Below are positions 37,622 to 49,373 of a stretch of 64,000 nucleotides of DNA, piece after piece; the stretch's first letter is position 1, and every line of letters begins with the position of its first letter. The DNA comes from Peribolospora baueri. Taxonomy: Eukaryota. Below the pieces are notes generated by a model that was given only the letters and a program-made list of their open reading frames with translations, was not told the DNA's origin and did no database searches. A program made the translations under genes and the position numbers. Location of the stretch: the NCBI GenBank assembly GCA_029717555.1, contig JAMDHS010000017.1, positions 124,001-188,000 on the forward strand. The letters are read 5' to 3'.

Positions 37622-40600
37622 ATGAGCCGTTCCAGGGCGTCAGCGGCATCGGCAGCGTCGGCGGCGCCGGCAACGTCAGAGCTGCCCAAGTATGAGCTCA
37701 CACCGCCGGCTTGGCGACCGCAGATCCATCCGAATCAGCAGAGTGAGCCCAATGCTGTTCCGAACCGTCGTTGTGCCGTTGCTTCGTCCGCTCGCTGACC
37801 AGTCTCTTCCGCACCCTGATTCGGCGGCGGCGTAGCGTTCCCCGACTTCTATCCTTCTTGCCCTGGCGGGCCAGAAGACGATGTCTCCGAAGCGGTGGTC
37901 AAAACGGGGTATACGGCGCAGCACATCGTGAAGCACGAGTATTTCTCGGCGCATAGCTTGGTTTTCGACAGGTTGATGGCTGTACGTGAAGCGCCCCTTC
38001 TCCGGATGAGTGCCGTCATGGACGAAATCTTGCGACGGAGAGAAGCCATTGTCGGCGGCGGGAACGATGGAGCTGGTGCTGTCGGGTAAGGCGTCTCTTG
38101 CCCTGCCCCCACTCACAGTCATTGTCCTCAGGCTGATTTCCGGTTGCTTTGTGCACCTCCAGTCCCCACACACCTAGACTGCCTTCCCGGGTAACCCTTA
38201 ATGATATGAAATTGGCTGCATGGATACGAGACCTTGCCGACCCGAACGTGCCTCTGCAGAAGGTCGGCAGAAGCCTTCCGCACGGGTACCGTGGAGAAAG
38301 GATGCTCGACATGCTTTGGGGAGGCGGTGCTAACCGGAGGCCCGTCGACATCAACCGCGCGGTCTGGTTTATAAGAGTCAGCGGAGCTACCGAAATGGTG
38401 AGGCTGTTGTCCAGCGTTGGCGCGCGAACATCCTTCCATCTCTAACCACGCTTGAGCTTCCTCTCAACCAGCAATCCTCTCGCAACAAAGCCAACTTCAA
38501 CTATCCGGTGGAGCTGACGACCGCATTTACGGCATACCTTCGAAAGCAGCTCAACGAGATCACGATGTCTTCCTCTTCTACACCTACTGGCATCATGTCA
38601 GCCCGGCAAGCTGCACCTGCGCTAAGGCGTAGCCCAACAAAAAATTCTCTGGGTGCCGGCGGTGCAGGGCCGGCGGCAGCACCAGGCGTCTTGGCAGACT
38701 CAGAGGCTCGGAGGAATTGGATAGACAGATTCTCGTATACGTGAGTCCACCCCCTTCGTCCTACGAAACCCGGCGAATCCGTTCGCTTATTTCTTACTTT
38801 GTGTCCTTCTAGCATGTCTCTCTTGAAGGCACTATATTCGGCCTCGTTGCTTGACTCGCAGACAATCCTGCGATGGTCGCTTGATCAACTTCAGCCGGCC
38901 AACTTGGCTCAACTACCCTTCGTGTTGACTACAGTGGACGAGTTCCTCGAGAAGTATCTCTCCAGTACGGCGCATGTTCACGTCCTCTGGGAAGGCTGCA
39001 TCAAGCGGTGGGAAGAAATTAAGGAGCATCCGGCCAAGAAAGCACTTGCTTCCGTCAAGCGCACCTTGGAGCGTCTACTACAGGTAGGCCATTCAGGCTG
39101 CCGAAATGGGAATAGGCAGTGTCAAATAAGAGCCGCTTTTGACTCATTCAATCACATCCCTTGATTTCGTGCACACAGAGCGCATTCTTGGGCAGTCCAG
39201 ACTCGTTCATCTGTCCGCGACTTTGGTTGGCACACCGGACATCTCTACACAAGATCCTTGTTGACAAACCTTCAGAAGCTGCCGGAGGTTCCTCGACCTC
39301 ATCCTCGGCAGAGGCCTTTCTAAGTGCAACCCTTCAAGACGATTTCCTGCGGATTAACCGGAGAAATGACGCTCTTTTGATGCAATGGAGAGCGAATCAG
39401 GCTAGCAAGAGCATCAGAGCCCAGGAAGTGGACGACATTGCCCTTTTGGACTCAATTTCGAGCTCGGCCAGCATGCGATACATACACGACGTTTTCTTCG
39501 GTCAAAGCTGTGACGATGCGCTGGAGCCGGCTACGTCTACGCGGTCGTTCGGAGATAAGTTGGACACCCTTCTCACCTGGGCGACCACACCTCTCCGAAC
39601 GGGCAACCACCGAGCATATGCAGTTGGTTCCATTCTTGCAGTGCATGTGAGAGGCTTCAACAACGACGAACAAAGGGTCCTGGCCTCAAGCCAACGCAAG
39701 GATCGAAAGCAGAAGCTCGTCGAGCTGCAGGAGGCATCCTTTTCCTGGCTCGACAAAGTCGATGCACCGCCCGGGAGCTCGACGTTAGAAGAGATTGTCA
39801 TTGTGTTCGGCGAATTGGTTCGATTGGGCCTGTTCTCTTTCGTCAAATACCTCCAACGATTGATCGCAAAGGGCATCAAGGTCAGCTCCGTGCGTTCAAT
39901 TGCTTGTTGTCGAGCTCGACTGCCAAAACTGACCCGTATCTTATTCCTTCACAGGCTGCTTCCACACCCAACGCAGCCAAGCATCAATATGTTTTGAGGA
40001 ATGTACCTCTTTTCTCGCCATCAGCCTCGCTGCTCAGTCAAAGACACGTAGCCATCCACGGCGTGACGCGCGACGTGTCTCGAGAGGAGAAGTCAGAAAG
40101 GCGGGCGATCCGCGAATTGAGGAGTGTTTTCCCCGTCCTCTTCCGCGACGCTGTTGAGCAAAACGGTGAAGGAAGTCAAGGTATGGCAGTTTGATGATAT
40201 TAGTTCTGTGCCAGATCGACTCATGACGGCTTTTCCTTGACGTGATGACTTCAAAGGTCGACTCCCCTGTAATGCCGCTGAGCTCCGAGCTCGTCTGCCT
40301 CACGTCTTCTCTGCGACTCGATTTACACAGTCTCGGGTGGTTCAGGTGGCCCTGTTATCATCTATTGTGGGCGACGAAGACGGAGAGGAAAGGGAAAATG
40401 CCGTGCGGGGAATGAGCGGCGATGAATTGGCAGCTCTTCTTATACTACTCGACGCATTACGAGATTACGCGGCGTTGTGGAAGGTGCGTTAGTCGCTCAG
40501 TTGCATTTCTAATATATGTCTGCTAAATTCCCCGTTCTTCACAGGTAATCTCTTCCGTCTCGGCCAAGCCTGCGGACAAGGCTTGGCAGTCCGTCTTGTC

Positions 40601-43511
40601 GGACGCCTTCCAATGCTTTGCCGACGTTTGGATTTGCATGGGCGTGATCAGGCCGCATCAAGTGACTCCGTCGTCGGACCTTCATCAGGCCAACTCTTGT
40701 CTTCAGCCCGCGGCCAGTTCTGATCCTGGACATCAAAATGGAAGTCAGATGGTGAGCTTAGCTACGGTGGCCTCATTGCTATGTCTACTCACTGACAGAA
40801 GCCTTTCTCTTGCACTAGCATTGCGTTTCCCCTTTCAACTCTTCCCGCCCTTCGGAGACCTCGTTCCCGCAATTGCTCGAGTTGTTCCGATCAACGACCT
40901 TGGCAGGGCCCGACATTGCCGACCGTTTATTCGTTAAATACCATGCATCACCATTCTGTTTGGAGCAGGTTTGGACGGACACGATCAAATTGCTCGCAAA
41001 ACTCGACGACGTCGGCCAGGATTCGCAAGTGTCGCGCATTGGCGACATGCTAGCTCGACTCTCCAAATTGACCAACACCTCCCTGGACAAAACGATCCTG
41101 CGGTGGGCATCAGACGGAAACTTTGATCCGCAAGATGGTGCAAGTTCCGGGCTGCCTGTTTCACCTTCGCAGAACAAACTCCCCATCTGGTGCCTTCTTC
41201 TGCAAGAGCTCATCTTGTCAGCAGAGCTGTCGAGTACAACCCTGCTCAGCGCGGTAGTGATTCCTCTCCTCCGATCAAACGAGAGGAATCCTGATCCTAC
41301 TTCTGCACTTGAGATCGGCTATGCCTTGGTCCACTTCATCCTCGGGGTCGGCGCGGAGGGTGCGGCGAGCCAAAGTGACACGGTTGCAGGCGCCTCGCCA
41401 TTTCGCGCTTTCCATCTTTGGGCACAACGGCAGGCACTGTTTGAGCCATCTACCTTTCCTCAACTCCTTCGACTGGTATCACTGCTTGCTTTTCACGAGC
41501 GGACATCAAAGGGAACAGTCGCGGCCGACTGCGCGGTTTTGCGGGAGCATATCACCAGGCTACCGATGTTCAGCGGGTCGGCTTTAAGAGATTTGGAGGA
41601 GTTAGGCGACATTATTGTCCGTGAACTGGCAGATCAAGGCCAGAGCGAGGATACCGACGTCATCTGCATGCAGATTCTTCACTCGAGTCCACCGAGCGAG
41701 GTCAATGGTAGGTCCAGTGTACTGCTTCATTTACTTTTTAAATGGTTATACGCTATCAACGTGCTCACGACTTCATCCGTATTGTTCCCGGCAGGGTTTC
41801 CGCCGGGCGCTCAAGACGATTTTACAGCTGCTTCGGTCGATTCAGATGTTTGGCATGCTCATGCCGCCTCTCTAAGGTTTCGCCTCACGCTAGCGAAGCT
41901 CTGCGGCGACATGAAAGATCCACAGAAGGCGCCCGCCGCAGATGTGGCTCTCGATGAACTGGTGGAGCAGTTCTTCAGTGACCAGAGCGGAACGTTGGGC
42001 GCGAGCATGGTTCAAAAACATCTTGCCAGTCTCGATGTCGTTGGCCTAAGCAAGGTGGGCTCTCTTTGCTATCCTGTCGCGGCCACGCCATTCTCTGGGC
42101 TAAATCCGAATCCGATCTTCCTTATCCAGTTCGCGGAAGTGGCGTTTAAGCGTCTTCTTGGAGACCTCGAAAAGCAGACGGACTCTAGCTCTCGCACCAG
42201 CTCGTCTGAATTATGCCGTCAGCTTGCCTATATAATTTCGCGGTCGGAGGGACATCGTCTACCCGCTCTTTCCTCACCTGTCTGCGAACAACTACTCGCT
42301 TTTGTCACTCATGTCTTCGAGGCCATTGCCCAAGGTTCTCCCAGGGCTGACGACGATCCTAAGTGGCGAGACGATGTTGAGCTGCTTGTGCACGTGCTGC
42401 ACGCAGTTCTCAGGACGCAATCGGCCTTCAGCGGAGCGAGCAAGACGTATGCACCTAGGCTGGCTTGCGCCTTGATCCGGGTCGCTTTGGTGAGCAGACC
42501 GTAGTGTTGATAGAACCCAGCGACCTGCTCATGACTATTTTCGTCGTTCGAACCCCCAGCGTTACGAGGAGGAAGAGGACGACCATGTTGGGTTTACAGC
42601 CCTTCTGGACACACTCGTCTACTTGTTAGATGGTGAGGATAATCTGCCTGCTTCAAACTGTTATGATCGTAGCACTCAAACACGGGCTTATTCGTAACTG
42701 TCATACAACATCAGAGCTGCCCACAGAAACAAAGGCTTGTGCCTACGAAGCGATTAGCCAAGCGCAACCTTCTATCTTGTCTTGCGCTGCTACTTCGGAC
42801 GTCCGAGGGCCGGTATCTGTCCAGGTCTTGGCTCGTCTTCGACATGTCCTGCCTCCCGATCGGCAAGACTCGCTTGCCGAGGGTCTCGTCATCGCGCCTT
42901 CAGTGTCGGCCGCAGCCGCTGAGGACATCGCGCCGGTGATCGCCAAGCCGTGGGAGTGGGCTGAACTGATTGAGCCGCTCAATGACGTGCAGTCCAGAAC
43001 AGCTCCGCTTCGCAATGCGGGCTCTCTCTCCCTGGCGAGCTTCTCAGTTCGCAAGACAAGAGAGATACCCGAGTCGGCGATCACGCACAAGACGACGCTT
43101 GAATCGGAGCGGTCGTACGACGAGGGCGTCGAAAGCGTTTCGCTCTACGCAAAGGGCTTTAGGAGAGGGCTGGCTCCCATGTCGTTTGCGGACGATATCG
43201 AGGACGACAAAAGCGTTGACAGCGATGAGGACGGCGCGGGCTCCCCGGACGGCGTCAAGGAATGCGCGGCGCAAAGCGAAGAAGTCGAAGAGCTTGACAA
43301 GAAGCCGCCAGGCGAGGTCATTGATCTTTCCGCAGACTCGCCGCCTCCAGAAGCTGCCCCGCCGAGCAATTTGAAGAAGTCCAACCCGAAGAAGCGCCAG
43401 GCACCCGAGGACGTGATAGACGATGCGGACGGGTCGGCCGCAGTGGTTCCTGCACCGACAAAGCGCGGCGGTAAGAAAGGCGCAAGCATCCGAGGGAAGA
43501 AGAGGAAGTAG
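37622..43511 (+). CDS. MED12: Mediator subunit Med12 (Srb8), many exons
   Basis: Med12 domain LPSRVTLNDMKLAAWIRDLADPNVPLQKVGRSLPHGYRG...RAVWFIR; FGELVRLGLFSFVKYLQRLIAKG. Confidence 0.9.
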
Positions 43512-43665
43512 CGATGAACACCGCCACCGTCTATACGTATCTCGATTTTTTGTGATTCCGTCAACGAGTTTCGAGTCTTGAGGAGGCACGTTGACGACTA
43601 GGGTGCATGGTGGTACATTCGAGAAGACAGATACTCGTACAATCACAAGATTCTCGAAACACGCA

Positions 43666-46600
43666 TCACAATTCGTCCGTCTCATCCCCAGATTCGAACT
43701 CCAGCTCGTGTGTCTTGCGGCTTTGAAAATAGCGAAGGGAAAGATGTGGGCGCGGAAAAAGGGTGAAGAGGAAAAATGTGGATAGACAAATTTGACATCA
43801 GTGTTGACAATGGTAGAAGGGACGGAAAGAGAAGGGAGTCCATGTATCGAGAAAGAGTGTCCTAGGTATCGAGGAAAAGAAAGCGTCCACAAATCACGTA
43901 GATCGAGAGGAGCAAACGGGGGGGGGGGGGCGGGGGCCATATCATCCGATCTGATTTGACTCAGCCAGAATCAGAAGAAGGACAGCTCCTGCTCAAAGAA
44001 ATCTGTGCCAGCGCAGGACTTGTCGGCGCCCAAGCTCTTCTTCCTCGATCGGAACCAACTGCTGATGCCCACTGGCGTGCCGGGAACGGAAGCCGGGCTG
44101 GCAGGGCTCAAATCGCCGGACCGGGACTGGGCCGCGCGCTCGTTCGCCCGGACGGCGAAGTGGGACGACGTGGGCGGCTGGGGACGCTTCTGGAGCTTGC
44201 GGCCCGTCTCCGCGTCTAGGGTGAGGCTGAGGACGCTACGAGGTCTCGACGGTGAGGGAGGGCCCGGAGTCGGGTAGCCGTCCTCGGGGAGGTCGATATC
44301 GGAGGGTGAACGGCGGTTACCCACGCCGATGCCCACGGTAGGTGCGAATACGGCTTCATATGGGGTGCTCGCTTCGATGGATAGGAGGGAGCGATGGCGT
44401 GGGCGGGAGAAGGGGCTCCCCGGAAACGGGGTACGCAGAGGCAGATGATCGGACGGAGGCATCGAAGGGGCAGCGACCATAGAGGGTTCGATGAAGAATG
44501 GTGGGGAGACTCTTCGAGACGAGACTGGCGAGGGTCCCGCGAATGGCACGGGTGAGACGCGGGGAGATGCGCCAGTCCACATCAACGGAGTGGATGGCGC
44601 GGGCCGGGAAGAAGGGACAAAGTCGGATGAACGCTCAAGATGCTCGCGCTCGCCCTCCTTCTCCTCTACGTCGCAAAGGACATCCTTAGTACCCTCGTTC
44701 GAGCTCGTTCGCTTAAAAGAAAGCAGCGAAGGCAGCAGCGAAGGTCCTGGAGACTTGGTGGGGATGACCGCAGCGCCTCCCTTCGCTGAATCGGGGTCGC
44801 TCGCTTGACGTTGTTGTTGCCCAACCGCTTCGCCTTGCGGCCGTTCAGAATGATGCTCTCCCGCGCTACCGCCGTTTTCCTCTCGGTCCTTCTTTGGAGA
44901 TTTCTGGTCATTCCCTCTTTCCGGTGGACGCCGCACGTCATCTTGGCTACTGCTGATGCGCGTACCGACCTCCAGATCGGGAGAGAGACCAAATTCCTCG
45001 AACAGAGGGCTGCCACTCTTGCTCCGCTTGTGTCCGTTGGGAGTCATAAAACTGATCTTGCTTCCGAGTGAGGATAGTGCGTTCATACTGAAGCGACGAG
45101 CGCGAGCATCCTTGGACGACGTAGACCGTATAGAGGGTACAGATGGCGGGGTAGTCATTCCGTGACCCGAGCCTTGCGTGGCGACGTTCAGTCGTAATCC
45201 AGAGAGAGGACGCCTCGGAGCCGGGAGTTCATCGCGCGGGAAATCAGTGACGCGCGTATGCAAGTCATTGGGAGGCCCGCCTTCCGTCCAGCCGCCGCCG
45301 TGGGCCGTCCTTTTCTCGTCTCCGGTCGGAGCATGCCCATTCGGCTCGAGCGCGGATGTCGGCACGCTTGTCGTTTTTCGGAGACCAAGAACCGCGAATG
45401 GCCGGAATCGACCGGCTGGCGGCACCGAGCTGGCCAGAGTAAAAGAGGAGGTTGGAGGAGTCAGTAAGGGATGTCCATATGTGAACAGGCTGTCGTAAGA
45501 ACAACCGACCCTCTGCAACGTCGCTGGACGAAGTTTGGCACGCACCCGTAGACTTCCCCCACAATCGATCGAAAGCATTCCACCACAAGCGTTCTCGAGA
45601 ACAGCGGACAAAGAGGAGAGAAAAAAAAACCGGAGCAGATGAAAAGGAGCAGACAGACACTAACCTTCGCTTGTTCGGATTAGCGAGCGACATGCCCGGT
45701 TTCGGCTTGGTCGGCGGCTTGGGGGGTTCCTCCCCCTTGCTGGCTAGGGATGGGTTGGACGACGCGAGATCTCGTTTCTGAACGGGCGTCGAACAACGGC
45801 AGACGACCAGGTTCAAAATCAGACGGAGCTTGCGACGAGCCGCAGACGAGGGCAGATGACGGATCTGGTCTTCGAGCTTGGACTCACCTCTCTTACGAGC
45901 CTTTCTACGTCGGCCTTGAGCTTGTCAATCTCCTCCTTCAGTTTGGCGTTTTCGGCGAGTAGGCTCCGGATTCTTTCACCTGAGGTTGAAAAAAAAAGTT
46001 ACATATGAGCATCGGCAGAGAGTCGTCCTCAGTCGTACGCGATCCCGAACAGACATGACTCACCGTCGACCTCGTTCCCGTCGCGGGGAGGCTTCGTGCC
46101 CTGCGCAGCATCCACACGGCACGAGCCTGTATTTACTATTTGAGACACGAACTGTTTCCGCCAGTTGGCGATCCCAAGCAGAAGGAATCGTTAATGAGCG
46201 TCGTGCAGATGAGACTCGCGAGACCGCAGGCTCAGACTCGCCTTGGCCGCCAATTCCGTGGCTCGCCTTGCCGAATCGGTGATCGATAGGCGGGACAAGC
46301 GTAGGACGAGAGGGTGTGTATGGGCATGATCGAGGACGAGCTAAGCAGCGGGGTTCGAGAAAGGAGAAGTATGAAACGAAACGCACGACGTGCTCAGCAT
46401 GTTTTCTGTAGAACGCACGAAGGACAAGTGTAGCGACAGTTTCAGACGTCCCCGCTCACTTCCATCTCTGCAGTCGAGTCGGAGACGGGGAGAACGACGT
46501 GCATCTCCCCTTTCTGCCAACTTGCGAGCAGATGGGAGAGAAGCAGCGAGTAATGTCGTGTTTCCGTCTTGGCGAGCTGTCCGGACGAGGAGAAGGCGAA

Positions 46601-47169
46601 GCAGCGGAACGGCATGCACGACAAGAAACGAGGCGAGTTAAACGCGGCACAGCTGAGAAGGGGGAATCCTGGGTGGAGGGGGCACTCACCAAGACGTGCC
46701 GTATCTCCCTCTCCCCCCTCCACCTTCCCTCCCACCAGGTGCCGCCATCGAACCCCTCCACCCTGCCCACGCTCACTCTCCACATCCACTCGCCGCTCGG
46801 ACCGTTCCCCCCTTCCGTTCCCTTTACCACATCAGCCTCCGCCTGCTCTTTCTGATTCTGGGCAAACTTGCGGTCCCATGGCCCCTTCCAGAACTCTTCG
46901 TCTGTCCCTCCTCCCGAGCCTTCGCCGCGACGCGCGGGGACGCGAGCGAACGCAGACGAAAGGACGAAGCGACCGCCATGCTCGTCGTGAATGACAGAGA
47001 CAAGTCCGTCGAGGGAGGAGAGGGAAGCGAGCGGATCGGCGGGCGAGTCGGGGCTGTTTTGCAACTGCGCCTGCGCCTGCGCCTGCGATTGCGATTGCGA
47101 TTGCGATTGCGGTCGCGGTTGCGAAGGAGCGGCGCGACTCGGCCGGGAGAGTGGACGCTGCGAAGACAT
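43666..47169 (-). CDS. PAXX: PAXX/XRCC4-superfamily-like NHEJ factor (predicted 347 aa, 7 exons)
   Basis: Exons 47169-46690, 46576-46460, 46340-46242, 46151-46064, 45979-45888, 45777-45665, 43720-43666, all phase-consistent. Head-domain-like strands RFVLSS, WRVSVG, WWEGRW, LVLRLSRL; coiled coil; C-terminus PGMSLANPNKRSRKTHELEFESGDETDEL*. Confidence 0.65.
43971..45429 (-). CDS. Large Ser/Pro-rich exon inside the last PAXX-like intron (alternative terminal exon, or nested gene)
   Basis: 485 sense codons ending DFFEQELSFF*. Preceded by a CTGAC branch site, pyrimidine tract and CAG, in phase with the donor at 45664. Confidence 0.65.
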
Positions 47170-47632
47170 GGGGCCAGCGCTGCCTGCCCGCGCGCCTGCG
47201 TGCCTTGACTGGCGCGGCGAGAAAGGGGACGAAAAGGGGACTTGGTGTGGATACGACGTCGAGATGAGACGGGCGGCGGTGGTTCGAGCAGTGGACGGGT
47301 GCTGATATCGGCCGCGAGGATAACAACATCGCCCCGATCACTCCGTCGCGAGACCTTTCAGCCGTTTAAAAGTCGCATTACAAATCGATAATCGAACGAG
47401 TTTGGGCTTCTTACGATTGATCGATGGACGGCGTCTCGCAGCACCGAAGAGATCCTCTCGTTTCATCTTTCATCGCTTACACGAGGACGCAGACGACGGA
47501 CGCATGGCGACATTCGCACCAACAACAAGTTGCAAGCAAGTCAATGGTCCAGTCCACGCTGTCCCATCCGGTTATTTGGCTATTAACGATCCATTCTGCC
47601 CGCCGAGCAGGCTCTAATTCGCTCCAAGCACT

Positions 47633-49151
47633 TCAGTTCTTCAACTCGCCCAACAGTCCCTCCACCTCCCACGCGCCTTCCCAGTAACGCGTCCGTGCCT
47701 TGAGGCCTCGATCCTTGCCCTCTTGCGCGATTCGCTTCTCCAGGCCGCAGTGCTTGCGCACGAAGGCGACGTCGTGGCTGTGGTGTGGGTGCAGAGAGGG
47801 GCGGCAGGAAAGGGAGAGGACGAGGCGGCAGCGTTGTGGCAGAAAAATGACCGATTCTCGAAGCTCAGCACCACGACTGGCCCCGGTGACATCCGTACAG
47901 GGGTCACATTCAGTAAGAGACACACCTTCGAAGTCGCAAGACGGGGCAGAAGTCGTTGCCACCATCGCCGACGTACACGATGCGGTCAAACGAGTCCAGG
48001 CCACCGTGGCGCGAAAGGAACGCTTCGAGCTCCTCTCCTGAGAACGTGAAGGTTAGATGCGTTTTAGGCGGACGGAACAAGAACACGACATATTCTCTCG
48101 ACGTGTTGATCCTTCGTCCTGAGATGGACGGACCCACCCGCCCACGCGTGGACACGAAACCGACAGACTCACCCTTGCACATGTTAGGCTGGCAGCCGAC
48201 CTTGCAGTTGTGCTGAGGGCCGTCGGGGCTGACGCGGCGGCGGAGGCGCAGGAGGTCGCCCTCCCACTGCGCCGGGTTAGTGACGATTTCGGTGAAGACG
48301 TCTTTCATGTTGTGGTGCTATTGGGCGAAGGCAAGGCAACCGAAAAGAAGCCGGAAAGGAAGGAGCGAAAGGCGTATCCAATCTCAGCCACTCGGGTGTA
48401 CACTAAAAATCGAGCGCGTGGAAGGCATGCTCGCCTCGAGGATCAGGTTGATGTAGACGGTGTTGGAGTTGGAGAGGAGGAAGAACGTCGTCTCCGGCGG
48501 AGAGGTCTCCTTGAGGTCGCGTACGCCTTTCTTCATGGCCGGGTGCTGAGATGTAATTATGTGCGGCAGGGGAGAACGGAAATCAGCGATGCAGTGAAGC
48601 GGGCGGCGAAGGGAAAAGAAGGAGATGCAAATCTGGATGGGAGCACTCACGAAAGGAAGCAAGCGCATGGCATTCTCGATGTCCTCCCTCGTCTTGCCTT
48701 CGGCATGCAGCTCGACGAGAAGCTGGGAGCTATGCAACGTACCAAGAACGAGTATAAGCGCACGATGAAACCTCAGCAGGGTTCATTTGGATGGCCCGCT
48801 GCACGGATAACTCGAGGCGCGCCTTCAAGGGTAAAAACTGCTCGCACTTACCACAAGTCGGTGAACTGCGTCGTAGGCTCGAGCTCCTTGAGCTTGCGAC
48901 GAAGTCGGGGACAAAGCACCTCGTGCACCCAGCGGTCCGTGTCTTGGTCCACGAGCGACCTGAATGGAGAGTAAGAAGGAAGTTCGAGAGTCGGACCCGT
49001 GGGTGCAGTGAGGACGCCAGGCCATTCAGCTCGCCGTCGGTCCCCCCACTTGACCTGCCGTCTGGACAGTGAAAAAATGCGCTCACCAATCAAAGTCATA
49101 CACGACCAACTGCCTTTTCACAGGGGAGCTGCTCATCTTCTCGGTTTGCAT
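47633..49151 (-). CDS. PHOSPHO2-like HAD phosphatase (pyridoxal-phosphate/phosphoethanolamine phosphatase family)
   Basis: [49 protein letters not shown]. Confidence 0.9.
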
Positions 49152-49373
49152 GTCGGAGGAAAAGGACAGAGCTGGTCCGAGTCAAGGCCTTCCAAGGACT
49201 TGAACCGTTTCGTACCTGTGCACGTGCGTCACTTTCTTCTAGCTGCGGCCGGCGTGGCTCTGGCGAGTCTTTCCTCAAACCGACAGTCGACCCGCTCAGC
49301 CAGCCATTTATTGAAAATCTCAAGAAGCAATATTCTCCAGGCGCTTGAGTGCTTGTTCCCGTGGTCGCCCACT

